64,000 nt of DNA. Origin: Opitutales bacterium. GTDB lineage: Bacteria; Verrucomicrobiota; Verrucomicrobiia; Opitutales; Coraliomargaritaceae. The DNA lies in the NCBI GenBank assembly GCA_049598495.1, contig JBMYNR010000001.1, positions 72,172 through 136,171 of the forward strand, written 5' to 3'. Position numbers and translations under genes: made by a program. Below the pieces are notes generated by a model. The model was not told the DNA's origin. It searched no databases and worked only from the letters and a program-made list of their open reading frames with translations. How positions within the stretch are numbered: position 1 is the first letter of the stretch; each line of letters begins with the position of its first letter. Shown piece by piece: positions 42,499 to 55,597 of this stretch.

Positions 42499-43142
42499 AT
42501 GTCGGGGTTAAAGGGCGTTTGGCACTGCTTGTGATGATGCAACTTATCGCGGATTAAGGCGTAGCTGGTTGCAGTGCGCTTGGCAATGATACGGTAGGTT
42601 ACGCTCCCGATCAGGCCAAAGAAGACTCCGAGAACAAGGGCACCGAGACTGGTTACCGAAAACACGGTCGAGAGGTTTTCGAAACGATTGCCCCAGTCAC
42701 CATGGGTAAAGCTATCCAACATGGCTTTCAGTTCGCTACGATTAAGCGGCCTCATCTCGATGCCAAAAATCCCTAGAACGGTGCGTCCAATCTGATAATC
42801 TGCCAGCCAGAGTGGAACCGCGGTAAGCGGGTTAGAGACCATTTGAAGGCTGGCGAGAATAGGCAGGTTCGCACGTAGAAGCAGCGCAAGTACAAGAGCG
42901 GTCGGTATTTGAATACCGTAAATTGGCATAAAGGTAAGAATGCAGCCCGCGTAGATTGCAGGCACCGCATTTTTCGAGCGAAAGCTCCAGATGTATGCGC
43001 GTTTACGGGCGCCTTTAGAGAACCACCTTAAGATCGGGTATCGATGAATATTGGCCCGCCGCGGCAGGGGGCGTAGCCAGCGTTTTACGCGACGTATGCG
43101 GCGCCACTTCGTTTGGTGGAGTTCTGACTCTTCAGCCGTCAT
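42495..43142 (-). CDS. DUF2062-family membrane protein
   Basis: P.YG.Q, RANLP, VSNPLT.VP motifs plus TM helices. Confidence 0.78.
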   Translation of the reverse strand: MTAEESELHQTKWRRIRRVKRWLRPLPRRANIHRYPILRWFSKGARKRAYIWSFRSKNAVPAIYAGCILTFMPIYGIQIPTALVLALLLRANLPILASLQMVSNPLTAVPLWLADYQIGRTVLGIFGIEMRPLNRSELKAMLDSFTHGDWGNRFENLSTVFSVTSLGALVLGVFFGLIGSVTYRIIAKRTATSYALIRDKLHHHKQCQTPFNPDI

Positions 43143-44307
43143 GTGTATAAAGTGTACGCAATACTTCGCTGACTTTTCGGTTTAAATACTCGGGGGCATT
43201 ATGAAGGGCGTCCTCAATGGGTGTGCCCTTCGGAGTGATGCTGTAGATGGCAGTTCCCGGAAAACGTTCACGGATGGTTTTAGCGGTTTCCTCTTCGGCC
43301 TTACCTGCCAGCAGGATTGCTTGGGTATCGCTGGAGTAGGCGGCAGCAAGCAGGGCATAGGGACCCTTGCCGGCTAGTGAGCTATTGTCGAATTTGCCTT
43401 CACCGGTGAGTATAAGGTCGGCCTCTCTGATCCTGGAGGCCAGGTCCAGCCAAGCAGTGACAAGCTCGAAGCCCGGGACATAGTTCGAATTGAAGGCAAG
43501 ATTGAGACCAAAACCGATCCCGCCAGCGGCTCCACTCCCCGGGGTTTGCATGGCGTCCGTAGATTGACTGAAGAAGGCACAGAGTTGTTCGGCGACTCTC
43601 GCGGAAGCATGATCGAAGGCTTCGATCTCGGTCGGCATGAGGCCCTTTTGGGGGCCATAGACCGCCGCGGCACCCCGCGCGCCAAGCAGTGGGTTGTCGA
43701 CATCGCAAGCCACATAGATGGGAGGGACCGCTAATTCGATCTGACCACGAATCCTATCGATTAAGGGCCACTGCGCCGGCGTTACCTGTCCACTTTCACA
43801 GAATTCGAGACCGAGGGCCTCGAGTGCGCCGAGTCCTAGATCGCTTGTGGCGCTACCGCCAACCCCAAGGAGAATAGCGCTGGCCTCTTGTGCTACGGCG
43901 ATACGAATCAAATCGCCCACGCCGTGTGTGGTGCAATGCCTTGGGTGGCGCTGATCCGGAGGAACCTGCTCAAGCCCGGCAACCGAAGCCATTTCAATAA
44001 TCGCCAACTTACCCGTGCGATCGCCGAGAAAGCCACGGGCTTTCTCCGGGATTCGGTCTAGCTCGACCCAGCCAAGCGGCGCGTCGAGCATTTCCCCTAG
44101 CGGTCCGCAGACGGGATGATACTCGACATGCCCACCTGCCGCGTCCGTCAGGATGGGGCAGAAGCCCTCGCCTCCGTCCGTGAGGGGTGCGCGTGTAAGC
44201 GTGAGTGGCTCGCCCAGAGCATCCAAAGCACCTGAAAGGGCAGCATCGCAGGCGCGATCCGCCGACATGGCGTCCTTGAACTTATCGAAGGCGGCAAGAA
44301 TGTGCAT
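43132..44307 (-). CDS. Glycerate kinase (GlxK/GarK family)
   Basis: DKFK, DGGEG, GGSATSD.G, VYGPQKG, GAAGG, TGEG. Confidence 0.92.
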   Translation of the reverse strand: MHILAAFDKFKDAMSADRACDAALSGALDALGEPLTLTRAPLTDGGEGFCPILTDAAGGHVEYHPVCGPLGEMLDAPLGWVELDRIPEKARGFLGDRTGKLAIIEMASVAGLEQVPPDQRHPRHCTTHGVGDLIRIAVAQEASAILLGVGGSATSDLGLGALEALGLEFCESGQVTPAQWPLIDRIRGQIELAVPPIYVACDVDNPLLGARGAAAVYGPQKGLMPTEIEAFDHASARVAEQLCAFFSQSTDAMQTPGSGAAGGIGFGLNLAFNSNYVPGFELVTAWLDLASRIREADLILTGEGKFDNSSLAGKGPYALLAAAYSSDTQAILLAGKAEEETAKTIRERFPGTAIYSITPKGTPIEDALHNAPEYLNRKVSEVLRTLYTHDG

Positions 44308-44414
44308 GATTGGATGAAGGATGAGTGACGAAGAGGGACGGATAAATTAACAGGTTCTCAAATACCAGACCAATACTCAGTGCTCCGCCCCCCCGCCATT
44401 GCGGCATAGGCGTA

Positions 44415-46181
44415 TTAACGCTGTTCCTGGCCGCTTTCGATATCGATGATTTTGAAATTTTCAACGTGGTAGATCGGGTCGGCCCGAAAGGAGAGGCGGG
44501 CGCCGTAAGACTGTTCGATTTCGAGTAGAAGATCTTCGTCTTCATGGCGGAGACGGTCCAGATTGGTCGGGTGGAGGAGGACACGCAGATTGATCTCCTT
44601 TTCGTGCCCATCCCGCGCCCGTATGTGCCGAATCACACTGATCAGGCGGCGTTGAATCTCCACGCTCATCGTGCGCGAACTCTTAACCGATCCGCGTCCA
44701 TGACAATACGGGCAATCGGTATAGATACCACTGGAGTGGCTCTCGGAGTGGCGCTGGCGGGTCATCTGCATGATACCGAGAGTGGAGATCGGGAGAATCT
44801 GGTTCTTCGCCTTATCCGTCGCCATCTCTCGACGCATGCGCGCGAGCACCGCGTTGCGATCCTTCTTCGACTTCATGTCGATAAAGTCGAGGATGATGAG
44901 GCCGCCGATGTTGCGCAGACGTACCTGACGGGCGATTTCGGTGGCCGCCTCCAGATTGACCTGAAGGATGAAGTCCTTGCCATCCTTGTTCTTATTCTTG
45001 TGTGAGCCGGTATTCACGTCGATCGATATGAGCGCTTCCGTCTCTTCAATGACAATTTCACCGCCCCCCGGCAAAGGCACGCAGCGCATATAGGTCTGCT
45101 CAATCTGGCGCTCGATATTGAAGCGTTCAAAGACCGGAATATCGTCTGTGAATCGGTGAATCTTCGACTTAGAGCGCGGAGAGATATTGCTTACCTCCTC
45201 GATGATGTTGTCGTAGTCGTCCTTCTTGTCGACCATCACTCGGTCGATTTCCTCGGTCAAAAAATCGCGAACGGTTCGACCCACGATGTCCGGTTCTACG
45301 TAAAGACAGGATGGCTTTTTTGTTGATTCCATGCGCTGATTGATAACCTCCCAGCGCTTGAGAAGGATGTGGAGGTCGCGGATAAAGTAGCGGGCCTTTT
45401 TCCCTTCACCGGCGGTGCGGACGATGATGCCCATGCCTTCGGGCAGGGTGAGGTCACGGAGGATACCTTTCAGGCGTGAGCGCTCTTTCTTGTCCTCGAT
45501 TTTGCGGGAGATGCCGAGTGTGCCTGTGTAGGGCATAAGCACAAGGAAACGACCGGGCAGGGCGATATTGGTCGTGGTGCGGGGGCCCTTGGTGCCGATC
45601 TGCCCCTTGGTTATCTGGATGACGATTTCACTGCCAATCGGATAGAGCTTCGGAATATCTTTGATCGTGATCTTCTCCGCCTCCCGCTTTCGCTGTTTTT
45701 CAGACTTGTTGTCGCGGACGATCTCGATCGAATTATCCTTGGCCGCGGGAAGGATGTCCCAGTAGTGAAGAAAGGCGTTTTTCTCTTCGCCGATATCGAC
45801 GAAAGCCGCCTTCAGACCCGGTTCAAGATTTTGGATCCGGCCTTTAAAAATCGCTCCGACTTCGCGGGCTTCGCCGGTGCGCTCAACCTCGAACTTCTCA
45901 AGGACACCGTCCTGCAAAAGGGCGACCCGTTTTTCGAGAGGTTCCGAGTTGATAATCAACTCGGTGTAGGTCTTCTTCTCAGCCTTGATCGCCTTGACGA
46001 TGCGGGTAATGAGCGGTTGCGTCTTTTCACGCTTGGCTGCGTCATCCTTCAAGGCGCGGGTATTGATGCGCTCGGCCTTTTTTTCTTTGGGTGCAGAGGT
46101 GAGCTCTTCTGTGAATTGCTCGTCCCCGGCGGGTTGGTTTGTAAGAGTTTCTTCGGTTTCAGTTGTGGATTCGTCGTTCAT
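44415..46181 (-). CDS. Ribonuclease E/G family
   Basis: S1 domain (AAFVDIG), [35 protein letters not shown]. Confidence 0.95.
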   Translation of the reverse strand: MNDESTTETEETLTNQPAGDEQFTEELTSAPKEKKAERINTRALKDDAAKREKTQPLITRIVKAIKAEKKTYTELIINSEPLEKRVALLQDGVLEKFEVERTGEAREVGAIFKGRIQNLEPGLKAAFVDIGEEKNAFLHYWDILPAAKDNSIEIVRDNKSEKQRKREAEKITIKDIPKLYPIGSEIVIQITKGQIGTKGPRTTTNIALPGRFLVLMPYTGTLGISRKIEDKKERSRLKGILRDLTLPEGMGIIVRTAGEGKKARYFIRDLHILLKRWEVINQRMESTKKPSCLYVEPDIVGRTVRDFLTEEIDRVMVDKKDDYDNIIEEVSNISPRSKSKIHRFTDDIPVFERFNIERQIEQTYMRCVPLPGGGEIVIEETEALISIDVNTGSHKNKNKDGKDFILQVNLEAATEIARQVRLRNIGGLIILDFIDMKSKKDRNAVLARMRREMATDKAKNQILPISTLGIMQMTRQRHSESHSSGIYTDCPYCHGRGSVKSSRTMSVEIQRRLISVIRHIRARDGHEKEINLRVLLHPTNLDRLRHEDEDLLLEIEQSYGARLSFRADPIYHVENFKIIDIESGQEQR

Positions 46182-46268
46182 TGGTCTTCGTTCCCCTTGG
46201 TTGTAGCGGGGCGCCCAAGCTCTGACTGCTTTGACCGTAGAATCTGTGTGTCGATGGGTCTGTCGGTA

Positions 46269-47522
<1,254 letters not shown>

Positions 47523-47649
47523 GGGTTTTGCTACGCAAAATAATAACGAATTTTGGAGGACGAATGGCGGACCATTGAAAGATTGTCGTTAAACTGAACT
47601 CATCCGACCATCGCGATCATTTATCCGTTATTCGTCTCACGTAGCGAGT

Positions 47650-48117
47650 TTAATTGACGTCTCCCAAATAATTGGTCCCGGCATCGAAGTCGCCCTCCTT
47701 GAAGAAGGGCTTGATGACTTCAGGCAGGAAACGGCGTTTATCCAGATCACTCAAATGGATCCACTCGACACCTACCTGTTTCTTGTCGTGCTCGGTTCCC
47801 GGGCCTATGCTGTCAGGGTTTGGCAGTTGGCAGCGAAATACATTCTCCACCTGATGAAAGGCGTGGTGTGAGCTCTGAAACTCGTGGTTCTTGCCGATAT
47901 ATTCGCGAACATAGAGTAGCTCGCCGACCTCGACTTCGGTCCCTATTTCCTCAAAGCACTCGCGTATGAGACCTTCTCGAAGGGTTTCACCGTGCCGCTG
48001 CCCACCTCCTGGCAGGATGTAGAACACGCCGGTGCGGTCTCGCATCTTAATAGCGAGCAATTTCTGATTCAGTATGATCAGAGCTCGGGCAGCAGTTCGA
48101 ATGTGGCGCATAGTCAT
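47650..48117 (-). CDS. NUDIX hydrolase
   Basis: [25 protein letters not shown]udix box. Confidence 0.9.
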   Translation of the reverse strand: MTMRHIRTAARALIILNQKLLAIKMRDRTGVFYILPGGGQRHGETLREGLIRECFEEIGTEVEVGELLYVREYIGKNHEFQSSHHAFHQVENVFRCQLPNPDSIGPGTEHDKKQVGVEWIHLSDLDKRRFLPEVIKPFFKEGDFDAGTNYLGDVN

Positions 48118-48240
48118 GGTTGGGTGTGAGGGAAGGGGAGAATAAAGCGGGTTCAAGTCTCAATCGTAAATGTGCGACAATTTGCTCAACGATTGAAGAC
48201 AAACTTGAAATATTTTGAATAATCGACACCTCCTTTTGTT

Positions 48241-48603
48241 ATGGCAGAGAAATTCGACAGCCTCATCGATGAAAGGATTCGGAGGCAGTTTGTGGATTCG
48301 CCCCAGCTACTGGCATTTTTGGAGGCAAATTATACCGGTTCCGTGAATGCGGCTGCGCTGAAGGCGCTTCTCCTGAACGCCGATGAGAGTGCCTTCTCGC
48401 TGCCCCATTGGGTCGAAGCACTATGCACTCTCCGCGATTGGTTGAATGCCCGCGGACTAGAAATGTCTCCTGAGGATGAGATTGGATATGTCTCTTGTGC
48501 CGTCGAGGCGGCGGGCGCCGGGGCCAATCTCAGTTATCTTCCGGCACTGGTGGATGAAATGCTGCAGACCTATGGCTGTGAACGCGCAGCGAAGAAGGGT
48601 TAA
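48241..48603 (+). CDS. Hypothetical protein (120 aa)
   Basis: ATG-started ORF filling the gap, with protein-like composition. Confidence 0.7.
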   Translation: MAEKFDSLIDERIRRQFVDSPQLLAFLEANYTGSVNAAALKALLLNADESAFSLPHWVEALCTLRDWLNARGLEMSPEDEIGYVSCAVEAAGAGANLSYLPALVDEMLQTYGCERAAKKG

Positions 48604-48676
48604 GTCGTTGGGTGGTTGAGTGGGGGAAGGCTACTGCATTGTCGCCGAACCTGAGACGAAGGACGACTCTGACCTC

Positions 48677-48923
48677 TAACCCGAATATTGCACCAGTTTG
48701 TTGCTGTCGTTCTTTATCTTGTTACGGGATGGCTACTTGCGAGTTTTCTTCAAAAACTCGTCGTGTCACAAAAGTGACAGCAACAAACTTTGAGTCCAGA
48801 AGCGTCCCTGGCTGTGTTCCGAGCGCGTAACCCACTTAGTCACGCACTTCAGTGCGCTTCTGCGTGGAACACGGCTCGCGCCTTGCCAAAGCCAATTCTG
48901 GATCTCATGCAATAAGCGGGCTA
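48677..48923. mobile_element. 247-bp MITE, copy 2
   Basis: Same sequence as copy 1 apart from one substitution I saw; TA at both ends. Confidence 0.9.
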
Positions 48924-49149
48924 GGCGTAAATCCCCCCCCCCTCGTATGCGGGGACGTTATCATTCTAGGGTGTTGATGCATAGTCGGGCTGAGTCTGCC
49001 ACCCTGCATCGAGGGCTCTAAACGCTCGGCTATTACTGGGAATCACCCGATCCAGAGCCCGACTCAACGACTCAACTTAATATCACTCAACTCCCGTTTG
49101 TTCGCAATCCCTGCTTGCCTGAGCGGGTTTTGCTCATTTGCTCTCACCC

Positions 49150-50409
49150 ATGGCAATTATCCCTCAGCCTCGTTTTCTGGACTACATTACGGCAAAGAAT
49201 GTTGTGGAGAACTTCGGTTCGCCGGTATACATTTACGATCAGAGTATTCTTGAAGCCAATGCCGCTGCAGTCCTCAATTTTCCCAACGCATTCGGCCTAA
49301 CTGCGCGCTACGCAATGAAGGCGGCTCCCAATGTCGCGATCCTAAAGCTCTTTGCGGAGCTGGGGCTTCACATCGATGCTTCCTCCGGTCACGAGGTGCA
49401 TCGAGCCATGGCTGCGGGGATTCCCGCCGATAAGATCAGTCTGAGTACGCAGGAGTTACCTGCCGACTTTGGTGCCCTACTGGAAACGGGGATTCGGTTC
49501 AACGCATGTTCGCTTACTCAGCTCGAGTGCTACGGGCAACTCAAGCCCGGAACTGAGGTGGGTGTCCGTTTCAATCCGGGCGCCGGCTCGGGGGGTAACA
49601 ATCGGACGAATGTGGGGGGGCCTTCGTCAAGCTTCGGAATTTGGCACGAGTGGGTGCCGAAGGTGAAGGCACTTCTCGAAACCTATAAACTGACGGCGGT
49701 TCGTATTCATACCCATATTGGTTCGGGGAGTGATCCTGAGGTCTGGCTCAAGGTAGCTAATATGAATTTTGATTTGGTTCGCCAGTTCCCCGACGTCACC
49801 ACGCTTAACCTTGGTGGCGGTTATAAGGTGGGCCGGATGCCGGATGAAGTCTCTACGGATCTCCAGATTGTCGGCCAGCCTGTGAAAGATAAGTTTAAGG
49901 AGTTTGCTGCAGAGACCGGTCGCGAGATCCGACTTGAGGTTGAGCCGGGGACCTTCCTGGTCGCCAACGCATGTGCGCTCCTTTCCCAGGTTCAGGATAT
50001 CGTTTCCACGGGTACGGAGGGATATGAGTTCATTAAACTCGATACCGGTATGACCGAGTTGCTGCGCCCTTCGATTTACGGTGCGCAGCATCCCATCAGT
50101 CTTTTGAATGACCGCCCGAGTGATGTGGCCAAGGACTATGTCGTTGTCGGACATTGCTGTGAATCGGGGGATATTCTGACACCCGCACCGGGTGATCCTG
50201 AACTACTGGCAACGCGTTGGCTGCCCGAAGCACAGATCGGTGACCTTTGTGTGATCGATGGTTCCGGTGCCTATGCGTCGTCGATGACTCCCAAGCACTA
50301 CAACTCCTATCCCGAGGCGGCCGAGGTGATGCTCGATAAAGCGAAGACGCCTCGACTGATCCGTCGCCGTCAGAAACTTGAGGACATCTGGGCCAACGAG
50401 GTCGGCTGA
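49150..50409 (+). CDS. lysA: Diaminopimelate decarboxylase
   Basis: YAMKA (PLP Lys), HTHIGSG, NLGGG, EPG, CCESGD, GAY. Confidence 0.9.
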   Translation: MAIIPQPRFLDYITAKNVVENFGSPVYIYDQSILEANAAAVLNFPNAFGLTARYAMKAAPNVAILKLFAELGLHIDASSGHEVHRAMAAGIPADKISLSTQELPADFGALLETGIRFNACSLTQLECYGQLKPGTEVGVRFNPGAGSGGNNRTNVGGPSSSFGIWHEWVPKVKALLETYKLTAVRIHTHIGSGSDPEVWLKVANMNFDLVRQFPDVTTLNLGGGYKVGRMPDEVSTDLQIVGQPVKDKFKEFAAETGREIRLEVEPGTFLVANACALLSQVQDIVSTGTEGYEFIKLDTGMTELLRPSIYGAQHPISLLNDRPSDVAKDYVVVGHCCESGDILTPAPGDPELLATRWLPEAQIGDLCVIDGSGAYASSMTPKHYNSYPEAAEVMLDKAKTPRLIRRRQKLEDIWANEVG

Positions 50410-50419
50410 ACTTTAACGT

Positions 50420-50869
50420 TCAATATTCGACATTTCTCTGTTCCTCTTCGAAGGATAGATCATCGCAATCCTCGGGTCGGTTAGCGTGTAGCTCATCGGG
50501 TAAGCAGAAATAGTAGACCATGAGCCAAAGACTCCAGCACCATCGGTAGAGGAAGATGGGGAGAAGCAGGGTGCCTGGGAGACTGATTGCGAGTGCGAGC
50601 TCTAGCGGTATGATCTCGCTAAACCCGAGTAGAAGCACTGGTGTGAGGTAGGCAAAGACGACGAGTCCATAATTCATGCAGACCGGTCCGAGGTAGAAAC
50701 CGTCGCCCCGTTCCAAGGTCATCCCGCAAAATGGGCATCGGTGGTGAATTTTGAGCAGAGTTTGAAACAGCTTCGACTGGCCGCAGTTGGGGCATCTACA
50801 GTGCAGTCCGCGGTGGATGATATTACGGCGATGGACCTTCGGTAGCGGGCGTAGGGCGTGGTCATTCAT
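50420..50869 (-). CDS. DUF983-like membrane protein with a Zn-ribbon
   Basis: GLHCRCPNCG...CPFCG followed by two TM helices. Confidence 0.78.
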   Translation of the reverse strand: MNDHALRPLPKVHRRNIIHRGLHCRCPNCGQSKLFQTLLKIHHRCPFCGMTLERGDGFYLGPVCMNYGLVVFAYLTPVLLLGFSEIIPLELALAISLPGTLLLPIFLYRWCWSLWLMVYYFCLPDELHANRPEDCDDLSFEEEQRNVEY

Positions 50870-51569
50870 CCAGAAAAAAGCGTTGGAAATTATCTCCGAT
50901 TCGACGGGTCAGGGATTCGAGCGTTTCGCCGCGCAGGTTTGCTGCCATGGCATAGCCTGCCCTCAAGAAACCTTCGTAATCAATGCCATCTTCAAGGTAG
51001 TTCGGTGCGTCGGTCTCGATCAGTAGACGCTCTTCAGGCACTGCTTTGAGGGCTATAGGTGCTTTCTTCGCCTTGCCGTCGAGTTGTCCGGCATGAAAGG
51101 AGAAATAGGCACCAAAATCTGTGAACTGCCGAACTTGCTCGGCGGATCCGCCATAGGCGTGCAAATGAAAACCACGGGCGGGAAGAGGGCCTTGCGCCAA
51201 AATATGGAGCAACGGCTCGGTTGCTTTTATGCAGTGGATGGATATAGGTAGATTCCGTTCGGTTGCGAATGATAGTTGCCATTGGAAGGCCTCGATCTGC
51301 GTCTCCATAGCGGAATTACAACGCCCGTCCAAGCCGACTTCCCCGATTGCGTCTGCGCTCTCGAGTATTTCCAGAAACCGAGCCTGCCAGTTTTTGGGGG
51401 CCGATGCGACTTTCCATGGGTGTAGTCCGATCGCCGCTCCGGCCATCGAACTCGCCTTTGCTTCTTCGATGACCGAGGCCCAATCTTCCGGTGCCGTCCC
51501 GTTGATGACACAAGCCTTCTGGTTTCCATTTGTAACCGATAAGTGCCTATGTGCGTCAAATAGCTGCAT
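50862..51569 (-). CDS. TatD-family hydrolase
   Basis: DAHRH, GLHPW, IGEVGLD, LLIETDAP. Confidence 0.9.
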   Translation of the reverse strand: MQLFDAHRHLSVTNGNQKACVINGTAPEDWASVIEEAKASSMAGAAIGLHPWKVASAPKNWQARFLEILESADAIGEVGLDGRCNSAMETQIEAFQWQLSFATERNLPISIHCIKATEPLLHILAQGPLPARGFHLHAYGGSAEQVRQFTDFGAYFSFHAGQLDGKAKKAPIALKAVPEERLLIETDAPNYLEDGIDYEGFLRAGYAMAANLRGETLESLTRRIGDNFQRFFLDE

Positions 51570-51698
51570 ACGCTTAAAATTTAACCACATTGGAAACGAA
51601 AAACACCAGAGAAGAATAATTTTTTATCCTCATAATCCGGGACATTCGCGGGTAAATATACGTCACGCTGGCTCCCATTCACCATGCACTCCGAGGTT

Positions 51699-51762
51699 AG
51701 TGGAGTCGAGGAGCAGGAACCGCGATACGAGATCAAGACGGCTTCTGCTCCTTGACTCTACT
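51699..51762. repeat. Long imperfect hairpin with GTRG/CTAC ends (REP-like)
   Basis: AGTGGAGTCGAGGAGCAGGAACCG pairs with CGGCTTCTGCTCCTTGACTCTACT. Confidence 0.7.
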
Positions 51763-51768
51763 TCGAGT

Positions 51769-52188
51769 TTACGAGCCCGCGAGGCAGGACTGTGCGAAGC
51801 GCTGGATGGATTCCACAATACGGCTGAGGCCGTTACGACGGTTGGGAGAGAGGTGCTGGGTGATACCGACTTCGCCGAGAAACGCCGCATCGGTGCCTAC
51901 GATCTCTTTCGGCGTGGCTTCGCTGTAGAAATCGCAAAGCAGGCTGGCGATTCCCTTAACAATTGCCGAATCAGAGTCGGATAGAAAGAAGCAGTGTCCG
52001 TCACGAAACTCGGGCACGACCCAAAGCTGTGACATACAGCCTTCGATTTTGAAGCTGTCGATGCGCAGGTCCTCTGGAAGACCTTCGGCCTTCTTGCCGC
52101 GGTCGACGATATAGCCCAGACGCTCATACGGATCGGGGATGAGTGTCATCTCTTCAACGAGAGCGTTCTTTTTGCTTTCCAAACTCAT
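51769..52188 (-). CDS. sufE: SufE-family sulfur transfer protein
   Basis: IEGCMSQLW, DSDSAIVKG, HLSPNRRNGL. Confidence 0.92.
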   Translation of the reverse strand: MSLESKKNALVEEMTLIPDPYERLGYIVDRGKKAEGLPEDLRIDSFKIEGCMSQLWVVPEFRDGHCFFLSDSDSAIVKGIASLLCDFYSEATPKEIVGTDAAFLGEVGITQHLSPNRRNGLSRIVESIQRFAQSCLAGS

Positions 52189-52298
52189 AGCGAATGTGGA
52201 TTAGAGCGTAGAAAGCGAAGTTTAGAAGTCAAAAATCCCATGCATTATACACCCTCTACGGTCGCCATACAGCGAGGGATTCCGAGGTCTTTCCCGGA

Positions 52299-53036
52299 CT
52301 ATTCCGGGACTTTTACATCATAAATATAGCCGACGCCATGAACCGTGCGGAAGGCGTCCAGCGTCAAGTTATGGCGTTTGTAGAGCTCGCGAATCTTGAC
52401 GATATATTGGTCGAGCGATCGGCTACGAACATCCGCGTGGATGCCCCAGATGGAGTGGATCAGATTCTTGCGCGTGAGCACGGCGTTGGGGTGGTCTGCG
52501 AGATAGACAATGATTCCCAGCTCTTTACGGCCAACCTTCTCGGTCTCACCGTTGGGGAAGGTGAGTTCAAGCCGCTGCGGATTCACCTCTGCACCGCAGA
52601 AATGAAAGGGTTCATCTATAATCGAGGCGTTCTGTGTGATATGACTGTCTTGTGCCGTCTCGGCGCGGCGGAGTACTGCGTTGATTCTGGCGATTAGCTC
52701 GGGAAACCCAAAGGGTTTGGTGATATAGTCGTCACCACCCATCTCAAGCGCCCGCACCTTTTTCACTTCGTCATTCTCCCCGGTTAGGAAGATAACGGGG
52801 GTGCTGTCCCCGTTTTTCCGCAGGGTTTTCATTAACTGAAAACCAGTTTCGTCCGGAAGGTAGACATCGAGCAGAAGTAAATTGGCAAAGTTATTCTTAA
52901 GAAAGCGGGCTACATGGCCGGCCTCGTGGCAGATTTGGCTGTGCATGCCTGCGAGCTCAAGCTGTGTTTCGATCAGTGTGGCGAGGTCTTTATCGTCCTC
53001 GGCAATCAGGATGAGTGGTTTTGGGTTCTGGCTCAT
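52299..53036 (-). CDS. OmpR-family response regulator (no cognate kinase adjacent)
   Basis: AEDD, LLLDVYLP, GGDDYITKPF, winged helix ending TVHGVGY. Confidence 0.92.
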   Translation of the reverse strand: MSQNPKPLILIAEDDKDLATLIETQLELAGMHSQICHEAGHVARFLKNNFANLLLLDVYLPDETGFQLMKTLRKNGDSTPVIFLTGENDEVKKVRALEMGGDDYITKPFGFPELIARINAVLRRAETAQDSHITQNASIIDEPFHFCGAEVNPQRLELTFPNGETEKVGRKELGIIVYLADHPNAVLTRKNLIHSIWGIHADVRSRSLDQYIVKIRELYKRHNLTLDAFRTVHGVGYIYDVKVPE

Positions 53037-53041
53037 GATGT

Positions 53042-53533
53042 TTAGGAAGCGGCGGGCAGGCCTGATGGGTCGGAGAGGTCGGAGAGAACTTCTGCAGGGT
53101 GCGCGTCGGGCTTCACCTTGAGGTAGGTTTTTAGGATCCTGCCATCGGCATGGATCAGGAAAGACATGCGGTGGATGCCGTCGTAGACCCGCCCCATAAA
53201 CTTTTTCTCGCCCCAGACGCCGTAGGCTTGGCATAGCTCTAGTTCTGTGTCGGCGATTAGGGGAAAGGGGAGGGAGTATTTCTCCCGGAACTTCTCATGC
53301 GAGCGTTCATCGTCCTTGCTTACGCCGATAACCTGAATGCCTGCTTTCTGATACTCGGCCCATGCGTCTCGAAGGCCGCAGGCCTGTTTTGTGCAGCCCG
53401 GCGTGTCATCCTTGGGGTAAAAATAGAGCAGGCAGGGCCCCTTCAGGTCCCCCAGTGAGAGGAGTTTGCCGTCTTTGAAAAACCGGAAATCTGGGGCATT
53501 TTGTCCTGGTTTAAGTGGTGTCGGCTGGCCCAT
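53042..53533 (-). CDS. bcp: Peroxiredoxin BCP
   Basis: YFYPKDDTPGCTKQAC. Confidence 0.93.
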   Translation of the reverse strand: MGQPTPLKPGQNAPDFRFFKDGKLLSLGDLKGPCLLYFYPKDDTPGCTKQACGLRDAWAEYQKAGIQVIGVSKDDERSHEKFREKYSLPFPLIADTELELCQAYGVWGEKKFMGRVYDGIHRMSFLIHADGRILKTYLKVKPDAHPAEVLSDLSDPSGLPAAS

Positions 53534-53683
53534 GAATGCTCGTCTCTACTGAGAATGAATGTGATAAATTAACTTTTCTCGATTTATTTATGTAAATTAA
53601 ATTTCTCTAACGAGCTTAAAGACAACTGCAATTTGTAAAATTTATACTTGTGCCTATTTGCTTGAGCGACAGCGTTTGCCGCC

Positions 53684-54565
53684 ATGGAAGATACGCCATT
53701 ACTCATGCTCGGTTTGCCTAAGGGCAGCCTTCAAGACCCTACGATTAAGCTTTTTGGCAAGGCGGGCTTCAATATTTCTGTGAGCTCTCGTTCTTACCGC
53801 CCGTCGATTGATGATGAGGAGCTTGATGGCCGCTTCGTGCGTGCCCAGGAGGTAAGTCGCTATGTCGAGCATGGCTACTTTGACTGCGGATTGACGGGTC
53901 AGGATTGGGTCTGTGAGAACGATTCAGATGTCGTCGAAGTATGCGATCTTGTCTACAGTCGTGCGTCTAACAAGCGTTCCAAGTGGATCATTGCTGTGCC
54001 GGAAGCTTCGCCTGTGCAGACCGTCAAAGATCTGGAGGGTAAGCGAATCGCTACGGAGGTCGTCAATATCACGGGCCGGTATCTGAAGGAAAACGGGGTC
54101 AATGCTGAGGTGGAGTTCTCTTGGGGAGCGACTGAGGTCAAGGTGCCCGACTTGGTCGATGCCATTGTTGACCTGACTGAAACCGGCAACTCTATCCGCG
54201 CCAATAAACTGCGGATTGTGGACACGCTCCTTTACACGAACACTGTTTTGATTGCGAACAAAGCGTCTTGGGAGAATCCGGAGAAGCGCAAGAAGATCGA
54301 AAAGATCGCGCTACTGCTTCAATCCGCACTTGAGGCCAACAGCAAGGTGGGTCTCAAGCTCAATATCAAAAAGTCAAAGCTCGAGGGTATTCTTGAGGAT
54401 CTTCCGGCGCTACGTAACCCGACGATCAACCGTCTGACGGACGAGAACTGGGTCGCGATCGATACGATTCTCGACGAAAAAGTTGTCCGCGAGATCATTC
54501 CCGAACTCAAAGCGCGCGGCGCAGAGGGTATCATAGAGTATCCGCTCAATAAGGTGGTGTTCTAA
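53684..54565 (+). CDS. hisG: ATP phosphoribosyltransferase (long form)
   Basis: GLPKGSL, GATEVK, DLTETG, C-terminal regulatory domain. Confidence 0.95.
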   Translation: MEDTPLLMLGLPKGSLQDPTIKLFGKAGFNISVSSRSYRPSIDDEELDGRFVRAQEVSRYVEHGYFDCGLTGQDWVCENDSDVVEVCDLVYSRASNKRSKWIIAVPEASPVQTVKDLEGKRIATEVVNITGRYLKENGVNAEVEFSWGATEVKVPDLVDAIVDLTETGNSIRANKLRIVDTLLYTNTVLIANKASWENPEKRKKIEKIALLLQSALEANSKVGLKLNIKKSKLEGILEDLPALRNPTINRLTDENWVAIDTILDEKVVREIIPELKARGAEGIIEYPLNKVVF

Positions 54566-54651
54566 GGAAGAAGTTATATGGCCAGGCACTCTGTTGCTGT
54601 TAAAGAGTGGCTAGACGGATATACGTCTTAACAGAGTGAGGCGGCTACATT

Positions 54652-55545
54652 ATGATGCAGTCTACCAGTCAAATTTGCGAAGGCTCAGTTCGCATCGCTC
54701 TGATTCAGGGGCGAGAGCACGGCAGCTCTGCTGCCGATTTGGATGCCACGATTGCGCGGATTCGTGAAGCCGCAGCTGCGGGTGCCAAAATCATCTGCAC
54801 TCAGGAGTTGTTTAACACAGCTTACTTTTGCCGCACGCAGAACACGGCTTGCTTTGATCTGGCCGAGTCGGTGCCGGGCCCCACGACGGATGCGCTTGCT
54901 GCGGTGGCACGGGAACTTGGAGTGGTGGTGATCGCGGCGCTGTTCGAGCGGCGGGCGTCAGGTGTCTATCACAATACGGCGGCAGTGATCGATGCAGACG
55001 GCAGCTACCTCGGGAAATACCGCAAAATGCACATTCCGCAGGATCCGGGGTTTGAAGAAAAGTTCTACTTCACTCCGGGCGACCTTGGCTACAAGGTCTG
55101 GGACACGCAATACGGTAAGATATCGGTTCTTATTTGCTGGGATCAATGGTATCCTGAGGCCGCCCGGATGGCGGCGCTCGCCGGTGCCGAGATTATTTTT
55201 TATCCCACGGCGATCGGCTGGTTACCTGAGGAAAAGGAGACATTGGGTGCGGCTCAGCATATCGCCTGGGAAAGCGTGCAACGTGGCCACGCCGTTGCGA
55301 ACGGTTGTTATGTTGCGGCAGTCAACCGAGTGGGTGTCGAGGGGGATACGGAGTTCTGGGGGCAGAGTTTCGTGGCTGATTTCTATGGGCAGATCATCGA
55401 GCGGGCACCGGTCGATGCGGAGCATCTCCTGCTCGCCGACTGTGACCTGAAGGCACTTGAGGAGACGCGCCGGATTTGGCCTTTTTTTCGTGATCGTCGG
55501 ATCGGTAGCTATGAGGGTATTTCCAAGCGGATGCTGGACGAGTAG
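54652..55545 (+). CDS. aguB: N-carbamoylputrescine amidase (carbon-nitrogen hydrolase)
   Basis: QELF, YRKMHIP, EKFYFTPGD, ICWDQWYPE; upstream of aguA. Confidence 0.9.
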   Translation: MMQSTSQICEGSVRIALIQGREHGSSAADLDATIARIREAAAAGAKIICTQELFNTAYFCRTQNTACFDLAESVPGPTTDALAAVARELGVVVIAALFERRASGVYHNTAAVIDADGSYLGKYRKMHIPQDPGFEEKFYFTPGDLGYKVWDTQYGKISVLICWDQWYPEAARMAALAGAEIIFYPTAIGWLPEEKETLGAAQHIAWESVQRGHAVANGCYVAAVNRVGVEGDTEFWGQSFVADFYGQIIERAPVDAEHLLLADCDLKALEETRRIWPFFRDRRIGSYEGISKRMLDE

Positions 55546-55597
55546 AACCAAAGTTCGATGTTGAGCCTTGGATGGTCAACGTTCATACATTAAACGA

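Noticed and set aside
51229..51984. 251-aa plus-strand ORF
   Set aside because: Antisense to the TatD gene and sufE, both well supported; no motifs
53037..53234. N-terminal extension of the response regulator
   Set aside because: Overlaps bcp in another frame; the receiver domain begins at ATG 53036
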